Shown: piece by piece, positions 8,233 through 15,807 of the stretch
How positions within the stretch are numbered: the first letter of the stretch is position 1
How the letters are laid out: every line of letters begins with the position of its first letter
IMG/VR virus record: IMGVR_UViG_3300035660_000060
Location: 1 to 30,542 of that record
Source: a virus
Lineage: Duplodnaviria > Caudoviricetes
Strand: one strand, 5' to 3'
DNA: 30,542 nt
Translations under genes and position numbers: made by a program
Notes under the pieces: model-generated
The model's input: only the letters and a program-made list of their open reading frames with translations
What the model was told of the DNA's origin: nothing
Databases searched by the model: none

Positions 8233-8613
8233 CTAGGGCCCGGGGTTATTTATCGCTTTGCACACCCTTGCGGCAAAGGCACGCATGTTCCGCTCGGTCA
8301 GGCGACGGTACGGCAGCCGGAGAGGATAGATGTGCATTTCACGCAGCTGCCGGTCGACCCAAGCATCTTTCTCCTTTTGCTTCTCTGACCGAGCGTGGAT
8401 CGGCCCATCCATGAAGACGGCGACTGCGACCCAGTCGTCTTTCGGCGGGTCCAGCTCATAGTACTGGTCGGCGCTTGTGATCAGGCGGAAGATAGGGTGG
8501 TTGATGAAGTCGGGATGCACGCGCATCTTTTCCAGAAAGATGAGCTGGTCCACTTCACCCTTGCTCTGATATCTGTCGTGGCTGAAAGGGCGCTTGCTTT
8601 CTGGAACAGTCAT
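8233..8613 (-). CDS. DUF559/Vsr-like endonuclease
   Basis: SxxE near the N-terminus and AVFMDGPIH...KDAWVDRQLR..IYPLRL match the family pattern. Confidence 0.7.
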   Translation of the reverse strand: MTVPESKRPFSHDRYQSKGEVDQLIFLEKMRVHPDFINHPIFRLITSADQYYELDPPKDDWVAVAVFMDGPIHARSEKQKEKDAWVDRQLREMHIYPLRLPYRRLTERNMRAFAARVCKAINNPGP

Positions 8614-9151
8614 CTAGCAGATCAGGCTCCCACATGCGGATGGGCATGGAAATAAGGCGAGGCATTCGGCGGGGTGAAATCCGAGGGCTTGACAACTTTT
8701 CGAGCACGGTCAGAACTCGAAGGCCCCGAAACTCAGCCGGTTCAAAAAAGAACTTGGCGATGAGACGCATGCTGCGTTTGAGGTAGAGCGAAGGATCCAA
8801 GTAGTGCAGAGAGATAAGGCGGCCGCCAGTCGGCAAGGCCTCTTTCATCTGAATTAGTGCGGGTTTGGTGTTCCAGAGGGTCACACCTTCATAGGGTGGA
8901 TCCCAAATGATAGATCTGAAGTGACCTGACCGGATCGGTAGCCAGCAGTGGTCTGCTCTGATATCGGCCCTCTCATATAGGTCTAGTTTGATGTCTCCAA
9001 GAGGACTCTGACCGCTGCAGACATGAAGGCAGGGATGCAGGATCCACTTGATAATTTCATGTTCAATCAGCTGAGGGAAGCGCCAGCCGGGCCGATACGA
9101 CTCCTTAGACTTGCCCTTGAGAAACCGACGCTTCCTTCTGATCTTCCTCAT
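8555..9151 (-). CDS. Small amino (N6-A/N4-C) DNA methyltransferase
   Basis: SAM-binding motif I-like CLHVCSG followed by catalytic IIWDPPY. Confidence 0.8.
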   Translation of the reverse strand: MRKIRRKRRFLKGKSKESYRPGWRFPQLIEHEIIKWILHPCLHVCSGQSPLGDIKLDLYERADIRADHCWLPIRSGHFRSIIWDPPYEGVTLWNTKPALIQMKEALPTGGRLISLHYLDPSLYLKRSMRLIAKFFFEPAEFRGLRVLTVLEKLSSPRISPRRMPRLISMPIRMWEPDLLDDCSRKQAPFQPRQISEQG

Positions 9152-9503
9152 CTTTCGGTGCCTCTTTGAATTCCTTGACGTAGACTGTGGCGCCTCTCAG
9201 AAGGGTTCGGGACTTCACTCGAACAGCCAGGTAGCAGGGGTAGTGGTGGCAGCTGGCGTGCACCCTGTTCGCCCAGAGACTGTGGGGCTGCACGTACAGC
9301 TGGCCTTTCATGATGGGCTTGTGGCAGACCATGCAGTCGCCCAAGTTCTTCGTTGCCCTGTGCAGGCCGCCGCTCACTCGAGCATGGTCACAAGGAATGC
9401 CTGTGGTTGTGTAGGTGGGTTTCGGGTCGTCGTGTGCTTGGGTACGCTTGATTTCTGTGATGAGCCAATATCTTCTACGATATCTCTTCATTTCTTTTTC
9501 CAC
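9105..9503 (-). CDS. Zn-finger protein (132 aa)
   Basis: CMVCHKPIMKG...VHASC. Confidence 0.6.
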   Translation of the reverse strand: MEKEMKRYRRRYWLITEIKRTQAHDDPKPTYTTTGIPCDHARVSGGLHRATKNLGDCMVCHKPIMKGQLYVQPHSLWANRVHASCHHYPCYLAVRVKSRTLLRGATVYVKEFKEAPKDEEDQKEASVSQGQV

Positions 9504-9666
9504 CAGCTTGCCGGCGCAGTCTCCACTTGATCAGGACGTATGCGAGCCCTTGTTGTCCATCGTCCAGATCGGGGTGCCACCATCGTGCATCATAGTCTGC
9601 GAGTCCTCGCCAGTACAGGCGCCGGGCGATCCAGTACTTCAGGCGCAGCCACAGTTGGTAGATCAT
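9475..9666 (-). CDS. Hypothetical Trp/Arg-rich protein (63 aa)
   Basis: ATGA overlap; operon packing. Confidence 0.55.
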   Translation of the reverse strand: MIYQLWLRLKYWIARRLYWRGLADYDARWWHPDLDDGQQGLAYVLIKWRLRRQAGGKRNEEIS

Positions 9667-9947
9667 GGCTGTTGGTTCCTCTCATGGAGCTTCCCAATCT
9701 TGGCCTTGGCAAAGTCCAAGTATGCTCTTTCCTGCGAGGTTAGCTCAGCATATTCTTGATCAGTCATGAGCCGAAGCCCGTCTTTGGTGTACACTAACAG
9801 TGCGGTGCAGGAGAAGCAGACTGAAAGATCGCCTTCGGCCGGCTTGGCTTCCATCTCTCCACTCACAGAGGTATGCGCATCCAGAAGATCGCCGCATTTT
9901 GGGCAGCGTCCTCGGTTTTCCTGATGCGCCCAGCTAGGTGCGCTCAT
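9663..9947 (-). CDS. Zn-ribbon protein (94 aa)
   Basis: CPKCG...GDLSVCFSC. Confidence 0.7.
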   Translation of the reverse strand: MSAPSWAHQENRGRCPKCGDLLDAHTSVSGEMEAKPAEGDLSVCFSCTALLVYTKDGLRLMTDQEYAELTSQERAYLDFAKAKIGKLHERNQQP

Positions 9948-10380
9948 CTTCTCTCACCATGTACTTCAGGACGAGCGGCCCCGGCTTAGGAAAGACCTTG
10001 TTGAGTTTGGGGTACACTGCGTACTTCTCCAGCACCACCATCCTTCGGCCTGTGACAGTCTTCATGCGCACCGGGAAACGAACCAACAGCCAGGCGGGAA
10101 AGTACTGGCGTTTGAAGGCTTGCCACCATCCGTCCGGGTACTCAAAGGGAAAGGTGACGTCGTAGCTTTCCGGCCCCAAGTCCTCAGCCAGCACGCAGCT
10201 TCTCAGGCTTAGAACCATCTGCCGAAGCAGTATGTGATAGTACGTGCTCAGCTTCAAGTCATGCTTGAGTTGGGTCAGGTCAGCCACGGATTCTTCAGCC
10301 ACTACGGCCAGCTTCTGGATCAGAACTTCTTCAAGATGGGGGTCGATCATTGTCTTATACGGACTTGCCATTACTTTCAC
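9934..10380 (-). CDS. Hypothetical viral protein (148 aa)
   Basis: Globular-looking ORF (PDGWWQAFK..FPAWLL.RFPV) overlapping both neighbours by a few bases. Confidence 0.7.
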   Translation of the reverse strand: MKVMASPYKTMIDPHLEEVLIQKLAVVAEESVADLTQLKHDLKLSTYYHILLRQMVLSLRSCVLAEDLGPESYDVTFPFEYPDGWWQAFKRQYFPAWLLVRFPVRMKTVTGRRMVVLEKYAVYPKLNKVFPKPGPLVLKYMVREDERT

Positions 10381-10649
10381 TCTTCTCTCTCTTTCTTTGT
10401 GTGTGTGTGTGACAGAATGTCTTGGGTTTGTGGGGGCACTATGCCATTTCCTTTAACGGCGTTAATCTCCCACCGACTTTCTTCCAACCGAATATCTAGG
10501 AAGTAGTCTCGGTAGGCCCGAGCAAGCCAGTACTGCTTCCAGACAGGCACATGAACTTCCAGCTCTATTTCGCCCATGCTGACATCGCCACCCTTGTCGC
10601 GCACATGAGCCACAATACGGTTCATCAACGCAATGTTGCTAAGTCTCAT
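10377..10649 (-). CDS. Possible winged-helix DNA-binding protein
   Basis: RIVAHVRDKGGDVSMGEIELEVHV resembles wHTH helices 1-2; weak evidence. Confidence 0.45.
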   Translation of the reverse strand: MRLSNIALMNRIVAHVRDKGGDVSMGEIELEVHVPVWKQYWLARAYRDYFLDIRLEESRWEINAVKGNGIVPPQTQDILSHTHTKKEREE

Positions 10650-10656
10650 TTCTCTC

Positions 10657-10917
10657 TCACACACACACAAGTTGCAGTGGAAGTAGAGGGGTCTGGGCCG
10701 CCAAGGCAAGCAGGTAAGGCACCCACTGGCCGTTCATCCGGGTCACCGCTTCACTGGACTTGAGCCACGTGTGGCAAGGCACGCAAAGGAAGTGTCGGTC
10801 GTATTTGCTGACGCCGACTCGTTGATGGGGTCGGCGCTCTTTGTGGTCGTGGGGGTTCATTCGAAGGGCTTTGTGGCAGCTTGGATCAGGGCAATGCGGA
10901 CGAATCAAAGTTACCAT
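10657..10917 (-). CDS. Zn-finger protein (86 aa)
   Basis: CPDPSC...CVPC. Confidence 0.6.
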   Translation of the reverse strand: MVTLIRPHCPDPSCHKALRMNPHDHKERRPHQRVGVSKYDRHFLCVPCHTWLKSSEAVTRMNGQWVPYLLALAAQTPLLPLQLVCV

Positions 10918-11093
10918 TCCGCCGGCACCTCTCCTTCATACGCCGCCAAGAGAGTTCTTCCCTCGGACCAATCCCACTTCTTGACCATGGCGTCGGGGCA
11001 TCCTGTGCACCTTTCCTTGCTCGTGATTCGGAAGCCCCTGTGATGTCTTGGACACTGGGAGTCGGCCATGCAGTGAATCTGGGGCTGAGTCAT
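10911..11093 (-). CDS. Cys/His-rich small protein (60 aa)
   Basis: C-x5-CPRHH...CTGC; ATGA overlap. Confidence 0.55.
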   Translation of the reverse strand: MTQPQIHCMADSQCPRHHRGFRITSKERCTGCPDAMVKKWDWSEGRTLLAAYEGEVPAEW

Positions 11094-11278
11094 GTCGGCA
11101 GCCTCGTTTGTCCTCTGAGCTTCTCGTCGCAGCCCTGAATGAACTCATCCAGCAGGTCTAGAAACTTGCGGCATTCGTCTAGGCCTTGGAAGCCTTGCAC
11201 GATGACGCGCACCTTGTTGCCTCGCTCACTCACATCAATCGTACGTTTCACAATCTCGATCAGTTCCATGTGAATCAC
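11090..11278 (-). CDS. Hypothetical protein
   Basis: A GGGGTGA SD suggests the start may be the ATG at 11269. Confidence 0.6.
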   Translation of the reverse strand: MIHMELIEIVKRTIDVSERGNKVRVIVQGFQGLDECRKFLDLLDEFIQGCDEKLRGQTRLPT

Positions 11279-11496
11279 CCCCTGAGTTCATTGAGCTCTT
11301 CCTCAGCGGTCACTCTCACCCGTAGAGACTCAAAGTACTTCGCCTGATAGTCTGACATGTTCTTTTGGCATGCCTTAACCGTTTCAGTCAGAAACTCCGT
11401 GCGTTCTTTCCATTCTTCGTCACTCATAGGAACTATAACGGTCACAAGGCCACCGCACTTTTGGCAGGTTCCTTTTCTCCTAATCATGTGGCTCAT
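11275..11496 (-). CDS. Hypothetical protein with CxxCG
   Basis: CQKCG then an acidic helix; operon packing. Confidence 0.6.
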   Translation of the reverse strand: MSHMIRRKGTCQKCGGLVTVIVPMSDEEWKERTEFLTETVKACQKNMSDYQAKYFESLRVRVTAEEELNELRG

Positions 11497-11500
11497 TGAT

Positions 11501-11866
11501 TCATCGCCTCGCTTCAGGTTTTAGGGGCCGGCTCGGGCTGCCAAGAAGGGGATCGCGTGTCTCAGAGAATTGACTTGGCGACGACTGAGGCGCCGAGCCT
11601 GGCTCTCCCCGGTTGACGCAAGGCGGATCCACAAAGCGCCGGTACTTCTCCTCACGCTCCCGCTGCTTCATATAGCTCTGGCAGCACTCGCAGTGCAGAG
11701 ACAGGTGAAAGAGCCAGTGGCATCTGGTTTTGACTGGCCGGCCGCAGATCTCGCAAGGCTGATCTGTATGAATCAGGTCGGTGCATCTGAAGCAGTGGCT
11801 GCGAATTCTGCGTGCGAAGGTTTCAGGCGACATAAGAAACTCCTGCTGGTAGCTCGATTCGCTCAT
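11501..11866 (-). CDS. Cys-rich Zn-binding protein
   Basis: CFRC, CEICG, CECC; ATGA overlap at 11863-11866. Confidence 0.6.
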   Translation of the reverse strand: MSESSYQQEFLMSPETFARRIRSHCFRCTDLIHTDQPCEICGRPVKTRCHWLFHLSLHCECCQSYMKQREREEKYRRFVDPPCVNRGEPGSAPQSSPSQFSETRDPLLGSPSRPLKPEARR

Positions 11867-12051
11867 AGTTCCACCGTCGCTCGTTCTATTCCGCATCCAA
11901 AGCAAACAACGATCACTCGGGAGTTAGTCAAAGATCCTGATGCCTTGACCATGTTGGAACCGCACTCAGGGCAGGCCCCGCTGATGGTCACGGCGCCAAT
12001 CTGAACTGGGAGAGTGATTGTTACCGTGCCTGATATTCGTGGAAGACTCAT
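11863..12051 (-). CDS. CPxCG Zn-ribbon micro-protein (62 aa)
   Basis: CPECGS...CFGCG. Confidence 0.7.
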   Translation of the reverse strand: MSLPRISGTVTITLPVQIGAVTISGACPECGSNMVKASGSLTNSRVIVVCFGCGIERATVEL

Positions 12052-12239
12052 GGTTTCTTGCCTCGCCTTTTGATGATGGCTCGCTGATATCGCTCGATCA
12101 GGTCCAAGTCCAGCCGGCCCGAAAGCAGGCGCTGCTTTAGTTCGTAGTTCTTTCTGGAGTCGTAGCGGCCGCCGCGTATATACCGCCGTACATATGTGGT
12201 CAAGTTTCTGGGAAGAAGCCCTCGGTACTGGCGCCTCAT
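12048..12239 (-). CDS. Basic hypothetical protein (63 aa)
   Basis: Arg-rich; ATGA overlaps at both ends. Confidence 0.6.
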   Translation of the reverse strand: MRRQYRGLLPRNLTTYVRRYIRGGRYDSRKNYELKQRLLSGRLDLDLIERYQRAIIKRRGKKP

Positions 12240-12412
12240 AGCTTTCTCCTCTTCATTTCTTCTTCAACGCGATCTAGCCTGCGTTCAAGCTGAACGAGCA
12301 CGCGTGCGGTGTGCGCCCATGCTGCAAATCCTAACCACCATTTCCACAGGCAGTATCCGCCGACTCCTATTCCCATCAGGGCTGCGGAAGTGAGCAACAG
12401 TTCAACAGTCAT
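12236..12412 (-). CDS. Small membrane protein with coiled-coil tail
   Basis: Hydrophobic N-terminus (LLLTSAALMGIGVGGYCLW) then QLERRLDRVEEEM. Confidence 0.55.
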   Translation of the reverse strand: MTVELLLTSAALMGIGVGGYCLWKWWLGFAAWAHTARVLVQLERRLDRVEEEMKRRKL

Positions 12413-12734
12413 GGTTTCGTTTCTCCTTGAGCCATTGCCCTGCTTTCCGGGCCTTGAATCGCTTCTTGCAGGCTGCACAGTTGTCCGGCGACGCTTCCTT
12501 GCCTTGCTCCAAAGCTCCGAAGTAGAAACCCCAAGACCCGCAGAGGGACCTGGAGTCCACAAAATAGTGCCACTTTCTGCTCTCAAGCGGTTTACCCCAG
12601 CCTTCCTTGACAGTTTTAGTCGTTTTAGTCATGAGGATCAGACGGGCTCGGTGCCGGGGGCAAGTCCTGACGCCTGACTCTGACACGTAGGTCGAATCAT
12701 GCATACAGCCAGGATAGTCGCACTTCTCATTCAT
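12402..12734 (-). CDS. Double Zn-finger protein
   Basis: CDYPGC...CPRH and WHYF...SLCG...CAAC. Confidence 0.65.
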   Translation of the reverse strand: MNEKCDYPGCMHDSTYVSESGVRTCPRHRARLILMTKTTKTVKEGWGKPLESRKWHYFVDSRSLCGSWGFYFGALEQGKEASPDNCAACKKRFKARKAGQWLKEKRNHDC

Positions 12735-12957
12735 TTTGATTTCCTCGCACCGCTTCCAGACCCGCCAGAGCACGCTTCTTTTCCTTCAACCCGTTCAAGG
12801 CAAGTTCGGCGTCGACTCCGCAGGGTTCGCAAAGCTGTTCCTCAAACCATTCCATGAAGTCATCGCTCCTCTTCATTTTTGCCTTCATGTTGAGAAGGCG
12901 CTGAGGCTTGTCGGTGATGTCTTTGCCGCACCAATCGCAGAAACGCCTGTCGACCAT
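12727..12957 (-). CDS. Zn-finger protein
   Basis: FCDWCGKDI...LCEPC. Confidence 0.7.
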   Translation of the reverse strand: MVDRRFCDWCGKDITDKPQRLLNMKAKMKRSDDFMEWFEEQLCEPCGVDAELALNGLKEKKRALAGLEAVRGNQNE

Positions 12958-12958
12958 G

Positions 12959-13564
12959 TCACTTGCCCCCCCGAGGTGGCCACGGTATGCGTCCAAGCAG
13001 ATCCCTGTTGTCGCCGCTGATGATGTAGCTGTAGGCACCGCACCTGCGCCATTTCTGACTCATCTGATCCATCTCGGCGATGAACTGTTTGATGGCAAGG
13101 ATCACTTCAACTTCTTTTCGGTAGCACCACTGGTAGCCTTTCTCGTTTGGAACGCTCCATGACGATATTCCGTTCAGAAGCGATTCCACATTCACATCAG
13201 GTTGAGTTATTGGCGGTTGCGGGGGCTGCACAGGCTGCTTGGCCGGTGCGGGTCGTGTAGGCGGTGCACTCGATGGGGGCCGCACATCCGGCTGCTTCTG
13301 CGCATCTTCCAAATAGGCAGCTTTGGCCTCTCCGATCAGCACATTCAGGTCGGTTTGAAGTTCGTGCGCAAAATCCAGTCGTTTCTTGCCTATGGGCGTC
13401 TCTTCGAAGAAACCAACTTTCACATACTCAAACTCACCTGGCGCCACTTGGCTAGGAACAGGAATCGTTCTTCCCACATGGACTACGCGTGTCAGATGAC
13501 TCTTCGCTATAACCTCGTCCATGTACTTCTTGAGTTCTTCAAAGGCTTCTGGATGACCCATCAC
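12959..13564 (-). CDS. Two-domain hypothetical protein with Pro/Gln linker (201 aa)
   Basis: Long clean ORF; function not assignable from sequence. Confidence 0.7.
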   Translation of the reverse strand: MMGHPEAFEELKKYMDEVIAKSHLTRVVHVGRTIPVPSQVAPGEFEYVKVGFFEETPIGKKRLDFAHELQTDLNVLIGEAKAAYLEDAQKQPDVRPPSSAPPTRPAPAKQPVQPPQPPITQPDVNVESLLNGISSWSVPNEKGYQWCYRKEVEVILAIKQFIAEMDQMSQKWRRCGAYSYIISGDNRDLLGRIPWPPRGGK

Positions 13565-13814
13565 GCCTTACCTCGCTTGGCTCGGACCACACGGATCTCG
13601 TCTGCATTAACCGCAAGAATCGCGCCTCGAGGGCGGAGCTTTATTTGCAGCAAGCAGATTCCTTTCCGGAGAGCGAATAGAACTTTGTTCATTCTTGCTC
13701 CTCGCTCCCCTCTTGGTCGTTGTCTCGGACACCTTCCCGGCTGAGCCGGTGAGGTGGTTCCGGTCGACTGTTCGTACTCATCTCAGTCGCCATGTCCGTT
13801 AAGCTGCGGACGCC

Positions 13815-13830
13815 CTATATAACTGCTTTT
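13815..13830 (-). promoter_or_regulatory. Archaeal-type promoter of the small-gene operon
   Basis: The - strand reads AAAAGCAGTTATATAG; the TATA lies about 23 nt before the ATG at 13793, consistent with a leaderless mRNA. Confidence 0.6.
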
Positions 13831-13835
13831 GATGG

Positions 13836-14459
13836 CTACATGAACTGGCTGAGAACTCGACTTTTCTCGGGGTCGCGCTTTGTTTCTGTCGACAACGGCG
13901 GCCGAAGAGAGTCCAGGTAGATCAGGAAGCGGTCAGCTGACCATGCCTGCTCCGAGGGGATCTCGAGATAGGTTTCAGGGCCGCCTCGAATTGACACCTT
14001 GACTGTTCCGTATCGGTACGGGTCATCAAGGAGAATGAAGCGCACTAATCTCAAGTCAGGCAAGACGTGAGCGGCCCATGTCTCTTTGTCTCGGTGCTTC
14101 AGGGCCCAGCCGAACTTGTCAGGCCGAATCCACAGGGGAGAATCGAACGTTAAAGGCTTCGACGTTCCTGTCACTTCCAGGAAGAGTTCTCGGCTCAGAC
14201 CTAGAACTTGCAGATCTGGAATCCCGGGTTCGGACGGCATCTCTTGGGCCTTGCGGGTGCTTTCCGCATAGAAGCCGAAGCCGCAAACGGTGTGCCCCGC
14301 GTCCTGCAGCACCTTCTTGACAATGTCGACTCTGCGCTTTCCTTCAACCCAATCGCCCTGATATTTGGCTCTCCAAGCATCATAGACTTGTCTTTTCGAG
14401 CTATGCCTTGCACGGTTCATGTCTACCTTCACCGGCCCGTCAGGCGTCCCGTCGCTCAT
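13836..14459 (-). CDS. PD-(D/E)XK-superfamily nuclease-like protein (207 aa)
   Basis: PGIPDLQV...LFLEVTG: PD...E present, but Thr occupies the usual Lys position. Confidence 0.6.
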   Translation of the reverse strand: MSDGTPDGPVKVDMNRARHSSKRQVYDAWRAKYQGDWVEGKRRVDIVKKVLQDAGHTVCGFGFYAESTRKAQEMPSEPGIPDLQVLGLSRELFLEVTGTSKPLTFDSPLWIRPDKFGWALKHRDKETWAAHVLPDLRLVRFILLDDPYRYGTVKVSIRGGPETYLEIPSEQAWSADRFLIYLDSLRPPLSTETKRDPEKSRVLSQFM

Positions 14460-14492
14460 AGTCCTGTCAAGCTCCGCTAGACGCAGTCAAAG

Positions 14493-14513
14493 TATATAAA
14501 ACGATTTTTCGCG
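14493..14513 (-). promoter_or_regulatory. BRE/TATA promoter of the nuclease-like gene
   Basis: The - strand reads CGCGAAAAATCGTTTTATATA, about 33 nt before the ATG at 14459. Confidence 0.65.
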
Positions 14514-14549
14514 TACATAAGGATCACATATAAGGAGCTTCAAGAACAA

Positions 14550-14700
14550 GCCCTCTAGCACCATGGTGCTGCAGCCGTTTCAGGGCATCATTCCGCCCTC
14601 TTTCCTGAGTTTTCGGGCGCCGAAAAGTGCGCAGCTAGGCGGAAAGAGCGTCCGCAGACTTGCCGACACTGCAAATCAAAGGCGGCGACTTTCTCTTTCC
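14550..14700. ncRNA. Candidate structured non-coding RNA
   Basis: Palindrome AGCACCATGGTGCT at 14557-14570; stems 14591-14597/14638-14644 and 14610-14616/14620-14626; GGAAAGAG (14641-14648) can pair with CTCTTTCC at 14598-14605 or 14693-14700. Confidence 0.4.
14655..14682 (+). repeat. 28-bp inverted repeat, copy 2
   Basis: CAGACTTGCCGACACTGCAAATCAAAGG is the reverse complement of 7013-7040. Confidence 0.95.
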
Positions 14701-14834
14701 GTCAGCATGCGTCGACAAGCCGGCGATGCACTTGGACCAAAACGTGCCTCTCGGCCTTGCAGGAAGGCCGCGCATTGCTCGTTGCATTCTCGCGTCTTGT
14801 CGTAGGCGCAGTATCTCGTCTTGGTGGAACTCAT
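14676..14834 (-). CDS. Cys-rich micro-protein (52 aa)
   Basis: CAYD..RECNEQCAAF...C; follows the last tail gene. Confidence 0.55.
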   Translation of the reverse strand: MSSTKTRYCAYDKTRECNEQCAAFLQGREARFGPSASPACRRMLTERESRRL

Positions 14835-14850
14835 CTTCCGTTCACTCTCA

Positions 14851-15807
14851 TCACGGCAACATTGCATCATGTATCTCATAAATCATGTAGGCGCAGGTGG
14901 CTGGGTCTGGAAAGTATTGGCAAAGATAGGTGTTTAAACTGATGACCTTTGTTTTGAGGTCAGAGGGGTCAAGGCAGAAGCGGCCATATGAGTTTGCTCC
15001 CCTAGACATCCACGTGCCGAAATTTCCAACTCGATGATTTTGGTTTTCCTTAGCGAAGAACACGCCATAATCGTCTGGACCGATCAACCAATCGCGGTTA
15101 GTGATTCCCGCAGCCAAGAGATAATCCAGATAGGGCACCTCAAGAGTGATGTCGCCATCCAGACAGAAGAAAGCATACGTGTCTGAGTAAGGATAGTCGC
15201 GATCAACCCGTTCCGCAATCCAATGCCGGTCTTGACTGTCAATCACCAGACCACCAATAGAGGCGCTTGGAGCGAGCGTGTGTTCTATTATCTCGGTCCA
15301 TTCCGGATCATCACTCATCCCCAAATTGCAGACCGCATATTTGTATCCCCCAGCGTAATAACGACCAAGCCCCCACAGCACACCGAGCTGAGTGCAACAC
15401 AACTGCCGGATTTCCCCCGGGGGGCTCACATAATCCGTTTCTATTTCCAGCACTTTCTCGAAGGTTTTTGTGTCCAACTTTTCTCTGAACAGAACTTCCG
15501 TGCAGGGGCCGGGATATGTTCCTGTTGCTCCTCTTCCCCACGCTCGTCCTTTCTCATCCAAGCAGGAGCGATAAGCATCATCGAATCCATAGATATCTCT
15601 GAAGTCGTCCGGAATCAGAACATACTTGTCAAATGTGGCAACTACTCCTGTACCTGCTCCTGCGCCACCCATCACCACCACGGGCACGGAGCCGCTTCTT
15701 CCCACCTTTCTCCGCATCAAGTCGTCTATGTCGTCCTGTACGTCAGCCACCATTTTTCCTAAGCCCGGTCTGGTTTGGAGACGATATTTGGTCAAGTTTT
15801 TTCCCAT
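14851..15807 (-). CDS. Putative tail-tip/receptor-binding protein (318 aa)
   Basis: Position after the baseplate hub; N-terminal helix plus Gly linker, then beta-propeller-like repeats (LDEKGRAW, IDSQDRHW). Confidence 0.55.
   Translation of the reverse strand: MGKNLTKYRLQTRPGLGKMVADVQDDIDDLMRRKVGRSGSVPVVVMGGAGAGTGVVATFDKYVLIPDDFRDIYGFDDAYRSCLDEKGRAWGRGATGTYPGPCTEVLFREKLDTKTFEKVLEIETDYVSPPGEIRQLCCTQLGVLWGLGRYYAGGYKYAVCNLGMSDDPEWTEIIEHTLAPSASIGGLVIDSQDRHWIAERVDRDYPYSDTYAFFCLDGDITLEVPYLDYLLAAGITNRDWLIGPDDYGVFFAKENQNHRVGNFGTWMSRGANSYGRFCLDPSDLKTKVISLNTYLCQYFPDPATCAYMIYEIHDAMLP

Noticed and set aside
13804-14657. 10-bp inverted match GCGTCCGCAG (13804-13813 vs 14648-14657)
   Set aside because: Short enough to arise by chance in 30 kb.
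7013-14682. Diversity-generating retroelement TR/VR pair or transposon terminal repeats
   Set aside because: Only 28 bp, with no adenine-specific mismatches, and no reverse transcriptase or transposase in the window.
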